From Paramicrosporidium saccamoebae KSL3 (lineage: Eukaryota; Fungi; Cryptomycota), in the NCBI GenBank assembly GCA_002794465.1, contig MTSL01000041.1, forward strand, positions 47,113 through 79,112: a stretch of DNA of 32,000 nt, given 5' to 3'. Positions 1 to 8,995 of this stretch are shown here, one piece after another. The notes under the pieces are model-generated. The model was not told the DNA's origin. It made no database searches and worked only from the letters and a program-made list of their open reading frames with translations. Position 1 is the stretch's first letter. Every line of letters begins with the position of its first letter. The position numbers and the translations under genes are program-made.

Positions 1-3000
1 TTCAATTTGTAACTTTTCCATTTGTCGCTCCACTTCAACCGGTCGTTCCTTGGGCATCTCCTCGGGTAATACCATATTCCCAAACATGCAATATGACAGC
101 ACTTGTTCCAAAGACCATTTTTGCTGAGCGTGTCGCTCTACAATCAACGCCAGATCGCGGGCCCGATGGGACATGGGATGTCTCATAGATCTTCCCAGCA
201 GAGTCAGCACGGCCCGATGGGCATTGATCGCCGTAGCCCGAAGCAAAGGCCCCAGAAGCGGTCGTGGCACCAGGGCCCCATCAAAGAGCGGTCCAAAGGG
301 CGGGATGGAAGACTCCCGGAAGATGGAGATGCGGTATAGATGGCCTGCACCAGGCGTGACTACCAAATTCACATTAGCATAGTCCCCACGGAACGACGGG
401 CGGTAGTCTCGGTAATGTTCGTTCCATATAATGTGCACGTGGTCATTGCCAATGTGGCGTTTCTTGCTGATCATTTTAGAGTCAGAGTCATCGGTGGAGA
501 CCAAGGTGGGCGCCTCGTGGAAAACGACTTCAGTTGTAGAGTTACAATGATAGAGTGCCTTGTTGTCTATAGTCATTCCCAACTCTAAACCGCCTGTGTA
601 GCCGGGATGGGTGGCAAGATCCACTCGCCATCCCAAAGACCGGAGCAGCTCATTATATGCGTCGCTGCACATTTCGGGCGTGTTCTGCAGGATCGTCTGC
701 TCATCCTCCTGGCCAGGCCCAATATACACCACAGCTACTTTAACCACCTTGCGGGCGTGCTTCATGTCCAATCCCTTCAAATCACGGCCCAGTCCCGTTG
801 TCTTGGTCAAGACGTGGATAGGAAGGGGCGAATCGGCATTCTCAAGAGGAGATAGGAAGCCGAAATGGGCAAGAAATTGACGACAATAGTGGAAAGGAGG
901 GATTGCCTTTGTGGAAGGCTGACTGGGGAGGATGGCCTCATGTCCAGCAGCCTTGGCATATTGTTGTGCCACCTGTCTCTCTGCCTCAATCTGTTCTTTA
1001 CAATACTCCTCTACCCGCTGGACCGCCTCCCGCTGTGCCTCGGGAACGGGATTGGGAAGAGACAGACTTGTGCGTTCCTTGTTGATGCATCCCGGATGCT
1101 CCTCCCCAATATAATCCAACAATTCCTTCAGCATGTCCGTCTTTTCAAGCTCCACATTTCCCTCTTCATAGATGGGCATCATCTTTGGCGACCGTGTAAA
1201 CTCTCTCAACGATTTAAGGGGATTGAATCGCTCAATGGTATCGCTGACCCGGCCCGAAATCCAATCAAAGTCCCTTGCCCGCCCCACATCTTGCCACTTT
1301 TCTGGTGCATCCGCAGGGAACAGAGAGGAGGTGCGATGATCAAACGTCTCTATGAACGAGTGCGAATTCCAAGTGAACCGACCAGCAGCATTTCGGATAG
1401 TGATTCGCATCTGCGGCTTGCCATCAAGATCAGCTCCACCAATTTGTTGCAGAGCCAAAATGGCCGAATCTGCCAGACTAAAGTAGAGGATCCTATCTTC
1501 TCCGGGCTGGTGCCAGGCTGGTTCTGAGATTTGCGAATTGACCATGGTTGGACCATATTCTGGGCTGAAATTCTTCAAATGATGCATCAGATGAACAAGT
1601 GCAAATTCAGCCGCCTCTTTGGCTAAACACGGCTCCTCCTCATCCTCAGAAGTGCTGTCGTCCCGGGACGGCGGCGGGGGTAGACGATCAAGTGACTTTC
1701 GTGGCGAAGGTGACACGGCGCCGCTTCGTATTCCCATGACACTTTGTGATCGACTCATGGCTGTCAAGGTTGCCTTCCGGAGCGACTCTTCTAAAACTGC
1801 AAACACCTGTTCCCGCAATGAATGATGCTTAGTCAACCAATCGTGTGGAAGCACCATCAGCCATTCCAAAAGCGTCACAATTAGCTTGGAAATTAGTTCG
1901 TCCTGCTCACCTGCCGGTGCATCCACATCCGAAAAGGCCGAGCGGATGCTCGTAACTAAACGTTGCACTATCAATACTTCGCGCTCAATGCCAAATTTAC
2001 CCTGAAACAGTGGAGCAAGTTGGGCAAGTGCAAGAAACTGATCAAAAATGATTGGCAAAACTGCAGCGTCCTTTGGAAGCAAATGGTCCAGTAGCACATT
2101 TAAATATCCATCAACCAATGTTTCACTTGGTGTTGTCTGTGCCAATAGCTCGTTGATCAGCAACACATTGACGACAGACAGAAGAATAGAGTGGGTGGGC
2201 GGGTCGTTTCGGGTATATTCTTGAAGATCAAGCATAAACAGTAAATCCTTGACCTGCATTTTAATCCCATCCAAGTCCATCTCGCCCGCACAAGTGATTG
2301 GGATTGCAGACATTATGGGTAGGGGCGCTTCAATCCTCGGAACTGTCAACTTTGGATATACATCGGGCAGAATTGCAATGGCAGAGACGGTGCGCATCAT
2401 GGGCACCAAGACTCCACTACGGTCCAAGGGTATTTGACTATTTAACATTCCCGCAATGCACTTTAGGAAAGCCGGAATGAGTATTGTCGAGCCGGGCAGT
2501 TGTCTTCCCAAAACATGCGATGCACAGAGCATAATGACTGTAGCCACCGCATCGTCCTTGTCACTAAGCCCATTGACAATGGCCAAATAGAAGCGCACAT
2601 AGAACTCGTCCGGGAAGCACATGTCGGGGAGACGGCAGAACATTCTGCAAATGGCGGAATATGCCAGACAGCGACTGCGTTCATACATTTTGGCTGGCAA
2701 GTCACAGGCATCCAAGAGCGTAATGGCTGATTCATAAATAGGTGGAAGGGGACGGCAGATGTACGCCTGCGTTTCACGAATAGCCAAGAGTTGCTCAAAT
2801 ACCTGCACAATGCAGCGAATCGCAATCTCGTGGATTTCAGGCCGTTCAATGGCATTGATATCTCCCAAGGCCCGGAGCATATTTCGCCACAAAAAGACAA
2901 TGTTTTCCTTGGCCCAAGCGGATTCTGTCCAGGAAAGGAAATGATCCGCAGAAGTGTGCGTCTGCATGGCCTTTCCGTGGGCAGGATTTGCGAGTTCAGC

Positions 3001-4686
3001 ACTCATCGCCCTTCCGATGGGATTATTCATGTTTAGCAAAGACAGCAGCTGTGATCCCTCAAAGGTGCCATTTCTAATCTGCTTCCGCTTCACTGACAAA
3101 TCCTCCAGGGTCTTTTTGTCAACTGAAAACACAATCTCCGACATCATCCCCGTTACAGTCATCACCGTCTTTGTCCATTCCTCCACGACTAGAGACCACC
3201 GGGTGCATTTATTGAGCACAATGGCAAACCGCTCCCAGTGGGCCTGAAGAACCGTCTCGGATCTAATCCAGGTCCCATAGAGCGTCTCAGCCAGCAATTG
3301 GGAAAACTCTTCCGCTGAATCCGGATTCGAAACAATGGCATATTTGTTCTGTTGTGTGAGCTGGAATTCCATAAGATTCATCAGTGTTGTCAGCAGGCAA
3401 TCCCACGACTCGCGACTAAGGGTAAAGAACACTTTCATGGCCAGTCCGCGTAGAAAATAAACCCCTTCGCGGTACAACTCAATCTGTTCGGTTGACTGTC
3501 CTTGCGTGGATCGGCCGTCATAGAGTCGGGAGAGGAGACCCATGTAGAGCTGGAGATAGTAATCGAGAACACCATCGGCCTCAATCCCAACCTTTTCCAT
3601 CAGATTGGCAGTCACCTTGTTAGTAGCCATTGCTTGCAAAAACGCAGGACGTCTCTCGCGGGAATTAAAGACCCAAGTGCGAAGAACTCCCACCGCAATC
3701 TTGATAACCGGTTTATAAGAATAAGGAAGCAGTAGACTTTGTCCAATAATTTCATGGATCAGCTCCAAGTCTTGCGTCGAGCTGAGCAGCATTTCCTGCA
3801 GGATAAAGGTGGCCACGGGGATAAATGTCCCCGACGAGTTTCTCTCAAACAAGTCCGGACTCTGAATCGTCCACATTGCAAAGTAGCGCATCAAAATGGC
3901 CTGCAGAGCATGTGGACAGCCATTGACAAATCCTGTCGTCTTTTCCGTCAACCCTACCCGTTTACAAACATTGGGATAAAGCGGAGTCAAATAGTACTCC
4001 CGAAAAAGTCCATACAAGAATCCCGTGGAAGATCGGTCCGCGTCAGTGTCAAAAGTCATGAAATTCAAAATTTCGGTGAATAATGTCAGCGCCTGTTCCT
4101 TTGGTGTCACCATGGCGGGTGCGGGAAATAACGGCGGCTCATTGTCGGGAGCCAAGGGAAATGGTCTTTGGTCTAGCATAATCATCTCGCCCTCGGGAAC
4201 AAACAACGACAATGGCACACACGACTCGAAGAGAGTGACTGCTTCTGGGACAACACATGACTCGTCACGGAGCCAGAGCATGAGGAGCTGGAGACCTTCG
4301 CGACGCAGCGCAGGATGGTTGCCTGGATGGAGGAGCACTCGGATAATATTGCAGAGTTGGTCACACTGTGCCATAGTCGCAACCTCATGTCTCAAGAATT
4401 TCAAAACTCGCGTCAGCAACAAGGGCACCTTGAAGTGCTCATCCACATCTCTATTTAGGCTCCTTTCAAACTTTGCATAAAATTCCTTGTCAACATTGAG
4501 ACGCTCGAGGGTCAAGTTATATGTCTCGACCACAAAGGTGACCAGTTGGTCAGCCAAGTCCTTGTAGACCTTGTGCTGCTCCGACTCGTTACTGCTTTCA
4601 AGAAAGGCGAGCAGTGCCCCGAGTCTATATTTGTACTTTTGCGTGCCATCAAGGAAGGGCCGTAGTTTTTTCGGCACACGTTCCAT
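1..4686 (-). CDS. RALGAPA: Ral GTPase-activating protein alpha subunit-like (N-terminal region plus C-terminal Rap/Ran-GAP domain); 3' end beyond the window
   Basis: ATG at 4686 opens a frame that reads to position 1 (1562 codons); the track lists no closed ORF in this frame, consistent with no internal stop. N-terminus MERVPKKLRPFLDGTQKYKYRLGALL...LLHPGNHPALRREGLQLLMLWL resembles the RalGAPA N-terminus. C-terminus has Rap-GAP motifs VAVVYIGPGQEDE, LGWRVDLATHPGYTGGL, KKRHIGNDHVHIIWNEH, PFGPLFDGALV, LLRATAINA. Confidence 0.85.
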   Translation of the reverse strand, partial: MERVPKKLRPFLDGTQKYKYRLGALLAFLESSNESEQHKVYKDLADQLVTFVVETYNLTLERLNVDKEFYAKFERSLNRDVDEHFKVPLLLTRVLKFLRHEVATMAQCDQLCNIIRVLLHPGNHPALRREGLQLLMLWLRDESCVVPEAVTLFESCVPLSLFVPEGEMIMLDQRPFPLAPDNEPPLFPAPAMVTPKEQALTLFTEILNFMTFDTDADRSSTGFLYGLFREYYLTPLYPNVCKRVGLTEKTTGFVNGCPHALQAILMRYFAMWTIQSPDLFERNSSGTFIPVATFILQEMLLSSTQDLELIHEIIGQSLLLPYSYKPVIKIAVGVLRTWVFNSRERRPAFLQAMATNKVTANLMEKVGIEADGVLDYYLQLYMGLLSRLYDGRSTQGQSTEQIELYREGVYFLRGLAMKVFFTLSRESWDCLLTTLMNLMEFQLTQQNKYAIVSNPDSAEEFSQLLAETLYGTWIRSETVLQAHWERFAIVLNKCTRWSLVVEEWTKTVMTVTGMMSEIVFSVDKKTLEDLSVKRKQIRNGTFEGSQLLSLLNMNNPIGRAMSAELANPAHGKAMQTHTSADHFLSWTESAWAKENIVFLWRNMLRALGDINAIERPEIHEIAIRCIVQVFEQLLAIRETQAYICRPLPPIYESAITLLDACDLPAKMYERSRCLAYSAICRMFCRLPDMCFPDEFYVRFYLAIVNGLSDKDDAVATVIMLCASHVLGRQLPGSTILIPAFLKCIAGMLNSQIPLDRSGVLVPMMRTVSAIAILPDVYPKLTVPRIEAPLPIMSAIPITCAGEMDLDGIKMQVKDLLFMLDLQEYTRNDPPTHSILLSVVNVLLINELLAQTTPSETLVDGYLNVLLDHLLPKDAAVLPIIFDQFLALAQLAPLFQGKFGIEREVLIVQRLVTSIRSAFSDVDAPAGEQDELISKLIVTLLEWLMVLPHDWLTKHHSLREQVFAVLEESLRKATLTAMSRSQSVMGIRSGAVSPSPRKSLDRLPPPPSRDDSTSEDEEEPCLAKEAAEFALVHLMHHLKNFSPEYGPTMVNSQISEPAWHQPGEDRILYFSLADSAILALQQIGGADLDGKPQMRITIRNAAGRFTWNSHSFIETFDHRTSSLFPADAPEKWQDVGRARDFDWISGRVSDTIERFNPLKSLREFTRSPKMMPIYEEGNVELEKTDMLKELLDYIGEEHPGCINKERTSLSLPNPVPEAQREAVQRVEEYCKEQIEAERQVAQQYAKAAGHEAILPSQPSTKAIPPFHYCRQFLAHFGFLSPLENADSPLPIHVLTKTTGLGRDLKGLDMKHARKVVKVAVVYIGPGQEDEQTILQNTPEMCSDAYNELLRSLGWRVDLATHPGYTGGLELGMTIDNKALYHCNSTTEVVFHEAPTLVSTDDSDSKMISKKRHIGNDHVHIIWNEHYRDYRPSFRGDYANVNLVVTPGAGHLYRISIFRESSIPPFGPLFDGALVPRPLLGPLLRATAINAHRAVLTLLGRSMRHPMSHRARDLALIVERHAQQKWSLEQVLSYCMFGNMVLPEEMPKERPVEVERQMEKLQIE

Positions 4687-4815
4687 GGCTGATGATTGAA
4701 CTGGAAGACTACAAACAGCAAACTTGCCAAATGGGGGGTGCGAAAATATAAACTAAAATATTTATTACCCGTTCCTGGTCCGCCCGACCTTGACGGGGCA
4801 TTATTGTTCAAGTCT

Positions 4816-5566
4816 TCACATGAGCAGACAGCTATCCTTGTTTGAATTCTGACGAGCCCTTTTCATCGTATTCATTAAGCGTCGCCGCTTCACCTCGAGC
4901 TCACTAGAAGCGTCGTCCATCATTTGAGTGTCATATGTCTGATTCACAAGCTGCACCGGGAGAGGCTTCTCTGGAGACGGCTGCCTAATTTCTGGCGGAG
5001 CAGGGATGGGTTCTGTTGGCTTTTCTTGCAACCTGTGCTGAATATGATCTATGGCGCGGGCGGCCAAGGCCAATTTTTCGACCAGTGTTTCCTTGTATTG
5101 CTCCAAGGCTGCTAAAGCCTCGTCTGGCAGCTTCTCAATTAAAATAACTTCAGACTCTATGCCATTTGGCGCAAATGAACACGAAATTTGATCATTTTTT
5201 GTCATAATGTCCGTTACAGTAGGGCCCTCGGACGTTCCAACAGCAAGTAATGCTTTCTCTCGATGGGATGGTTGCCTTTCCACTGAAGTCACCCTAAAAG
5301 CTGACTCTGTGGCAAGCAACTTTTTCTGTATGTTACGGTACCTATGAAAATGAGGATTGCAGCTCGCATACTTGTCCTTCAAGTCCCCAGAGCTACGGTT
5401 ATCAAAGGTCAATGTGGGATCGGCCAGCATTGAGCTCCAATTTCCCACACCATACTAACAAGTAGTTAGCACGCAAACAATATCCAGGTACCGTCTTAAT
5501 GCCATTCAAAAGCGAGTCTTCTTCCTGTGGAAGCCAAGGACGCCTCTTTCTAGGAGTACCCAGCAT
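4816..5566 (-). CDS. Telobox (TRF-like) single-Myb protein with coiled coil, basic NLS-like patch and C-terminal CaaX (CLLM); exons 5566-5492, 5454-5372, 5341-4816, about 227 aa
   Basis: Removing GT-AG introns 5455-5491 (37 nt, GCTAAC branch site) and 5342-5371 (30 nt) gives MLGTPRKRRPWLPQEEDSLLNGIKTYGVGNWSSMLADPTLTFDNRSSGDLKDKYRNIQKK, matching the telobox consensus (W..EE...L..G...G.G.W; LKDKWRN). The protein ends EVKRRRLMNTMKRARQNSNKDSCLLM-TGA. Confidence 0.85.
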
Positions 5567-5709
5567 CGCAATTACTATTGGTCAACAGCCACAATCTAAT
5601 TCATGTGGTATAATTAACACTACCATTGACGCAGTATCCTCTGCTACTGAAATTCAGGAGCACAGAGATGTAGGAATATAAGTGCTTTATAGTGGCAGAT
5701 GATTGGTGC

Positions 5710-6123
5710 ATGCCTGCTCCCAAGGATTGGTGCGTTGGATGCACCAATAAAGTGTGCACTTACCAAACCAACCGTACTGCATGCTGGATGGACGTCCTGC
5801 TCATTGCGTCCATCGCCGTCCTTTGTATTACTTGTATTGGGATTGCAGCTCTTGGTGTGGCGAGCTATGTATGCGCCCCAGCGGCACGCAAGACTTGTGC
5901 AGCAAAACAGGTTGGAGCCCCGCCGGTAATAGTCAGCATTAATCAGGAGGATGAGTTGCATATGGCACCGATCTCCAGGTCACAGCCAGTGACGCCACAC
6001 GTGTCGCTCGGCGGTAGCACTACAATTACTTCCTCGCCAAAATCGATTCCGTCAGACTGGTTCAATAGGAGCGATGGACCCACATTTTCTGATATCATGA
6101 AGGAAGAAAGTGTTGGAGAATAG
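5710..6123 (+). CDS. Small Cys-rich single-pass membrane protein, unknown function; start uncertain
   Basis: ORF (first ATG 5710; track starts at GTG 5692) with a Cys-rich N-terminus, a hydrophobic segment VLLIASIAVLCITCIGIAALGVASYVC and a Ser/Pro-rich tail. Confidence 0.55.
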   Translation: MPAPKDWCVGCTNKVCTYQTNRTACWMDVLLIASIAVLCITCIGIAALGVASYVCAPAARKTCAAKQVGAPPVIVSINQEDELHMAPISRSQPVTPHVSLGGSTTITSSPKSIPSDWFNRSDGPTFSDIMKEESVGE

Positions 6124-6346
6124 ACAAATCTTTGATAGCTGATGATAGACTAATAAACGCATTTACAAGTGGTGAACGTTGAGATGATGGCTTGGGCGTG
6201 AGGATCCTCAGCCTGAAGTAAAACTTACTTAGACCCAAGATGATGGCACATATGATGTAGTAAACTGAATGGCGAATCATTTGTTCATAGTGCCGTTCTC
6301 GTCTAATCTATTGCTGATATATTAAGGAACCTGTAAAAAAGCTCAC

Positions 6347-6467
6347 AAAGTACTAATAAAATATCAATAAAATGCCAACAAAGTACCGACAGAATACCAT
6401 CAAAATGCCACCAAAATACCAACAAAGCACCGACAAAATACCAACAAAGCACTGACAAGATGCCAAC
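6347..6467. repeat. 11-bp degenerate minisatellite, 11 copies (consensus about AAARYRCCRAC)
   Basis: Consecutive units AAAGTACTAAT, AAAATATCAAT, AAAATGCCAAC, AAAGTACCGAC, AGAATACCATC, AAAATGCCACC, AAAATACCAAC, AAAGCACCGAC, AAAATACCAAC, AAAGCACTGAC, AAGATGCCAAC. Confidence 0.85.
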
Positions 6468-6549
6468 AAAGGAGTTTCCTTGCTGCCTAGCAAAGTCTGT
6501 AGTGATTATTCCACCACATAACATTTCAATCAAACGCCACGACACCACA

Positions 6550-6612
6550 TCACCGTGTCACCGTATCACCATAAAACTACAACACTATAGCACTATAACA
6601 CACACTATAAAA
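6550..6612. repeat. Degenerate ~8-bp repeat (CACCGTRT / CACTATAR)
   Basis: CACCGTGT CACCGTAT CACCATAA AACTACAA CACTATAG CACTATAA ... CACTATAA. Confidence 0.55.
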
Positions 6613-6655
6613 TACACCCTAATGCTTCAACCCTTTTGGGGATATATATTGACAA

Positions 6656-7408
6656 TTAGCGAAATGGCATGTGGGGAAAAACTGTGCCCAGTTCCCCGTC
6701 CTGCGGGTTCATGGGAATGTACACTGCGACGGCTGGCCCATTATTCGTGGTCGTCGGATCAATTCTTGCCAAGACCGGCGTCGCATTCGCAGAATACGGT
6801 GGCGGAGAGTCGGAATGTCGTATTTCATGCATTATGGGCGGCAGTTGTTTCCTCTTCTTTTCAGATTCTCCATGCTGGGAAACAATCACTTTGACAAACA
6901 CGAGCACAATCAGAACTAGGCCGGCCAATATAACAATGGGAATGACAATGAATTCTTTCCGCACGTTAAAGTGCTGCACGGGGGCTTGACGACTGGTTGT
7001 GCTGTTTGAGATGCAGAGTCGGATAGAGTTTTGGCAGGACATCCCGGACGGACAGCCATATTGGGAGGAGCCTGGAATGCACTTCGCATAACAAAAGCCT
7101 CGGTAGCAGGCCAGTCCATCATGGCACTGCTTGTTCTCCACACACATACCATATAGCGTCTTCCGGAAAAGACACCAATTCTTATGGCAATACATGGCAG
7201 GACTGCAGTCTTCATCGCCCATACAATTTTCCTGTTTCGTCTTGCCCGGTGGGTGGCAGGTCAGTAATTCACTCTGGCACACCAAGCCTTCAGGGCAGTT
7301 GTGCTGCGCGACCGAGCAAGAGTCATAGAGTTTAGTGGGAAGTTGACAAGTGTTTTCGTGGCAGTTATTTGAGAGACAGTGCTCGTGTTTGACACAGAGC
7401 TGAGACAT
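6656..7408 (-). CDS. Single-pass membrane protein with five 4-Cys modules (EB/Dickkopf-like spacing) and a cytoplasmic PPPY motif
   Basis: 250-aa ORF with modules such as CMGDEDCSPAMYCHKNWC and CVENKQCHDGLACYRGFC, a TM segment FIVIPIVILAGLVLIVLVFVKVIV, and tail motif SPPPYS. Confidence 0.8.
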   Translation of the reverse strand: MSQLCVKHEHCLSNNCHENTCQLPTKLYDSCSVAQHNCPEGLVCQSELLTCHPPGKTKQENCMGDEDCSPAMYCHKNWCLFRKTLYGMCVENKQCHDGLACYRGFCYAKCIPGSSQYGCPSGMSCQNSIRLCISNSTTSRQAPVQHFNVRKEFIVIPIVILAGLVLIVLVFVKVIVSQHGESEKKRKQLPPIMHEIRHSDSPPPYSANATPVLARIDPTTTNNGPAVAVYIPMNPQDGELGTVFPHMPFR

Positions 7409-7463
7409 CCCCAGCGTTAGCCACTTAATCTGCCATATCAGGAAAACTTTTAAAATATGCCCT

Positions 7464-8552
<1,089 letters not shown>

Positions 8553-8951
8553 TTTTGCGCTTTGTTTGCCACTTGTCACACCCCGCACACAGTGCACGAA
8601 ATGCACAAAGCTGGCACAAGACACTCGCCATTGGGCTTGAATTATTTTGTGCTAGTGCCCGTCTCAAATCCTACTTTCACTCCATGCAAGACTGTACACT
8701 GATAGCGATAAGGATGAATTTGGGGACCGCGGGATCTGATTGGTGGCACATTGTCATTACCCCAAATAGGCAAGTGACCAGGACTGGCAAATTGCAAAGT
8801 TCACACTCCACCCTTGACTGGTGGTTGCGTGCATCGACTCGCAGCGCCCCTTCCAGTTTCACCGCAGCATCCTTTGTGGCAAAGCTGCCAAGGCGCTGGT
8901 TCGCCAATCGTTGTATAAAAACAGTAGCAGGACCTTTATTGTCTATTTCAG

Positions 8952-8980
8952 GTATATTGAGATGTCTCACTGACGCATAG
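8952..8980 (+). other. Probable 29-nt intron in the 5' leader of the homeodomain gene
   Basis: GTATATTGAGATGTCTCACTGACGCATAG has a GT donor, CTGAC branch site and TAG acceptor, and matches the size class of the other introns. It lies downstream of a TATAAAA at about 8914. Confidence 0.5.
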
Positions 8981-8995
8981 ATAACTTTGTTTTGG

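Noticed and set aside
103-4480. Many plus-strand ORFs (e.g. 865-1527, 4025-4480) and short minus-strand ORFs
   Set aside because: They are antisense or off-frame shadows of the continuous RalGAP-alpha frame and have no recognisable motifs.
4512-4811. 99-aa minus ORF starting at TTG
   Set aside because: It overlaps the RalGAP start in another frame; the conserved protein begins at ATG 4686.
6303-6894. ORFs 6303-6548 (-) and 6460-6894 (+)
   Set aside because: They largely translate non-3n tandem repeats or lie antisense to the Cys-module gene.
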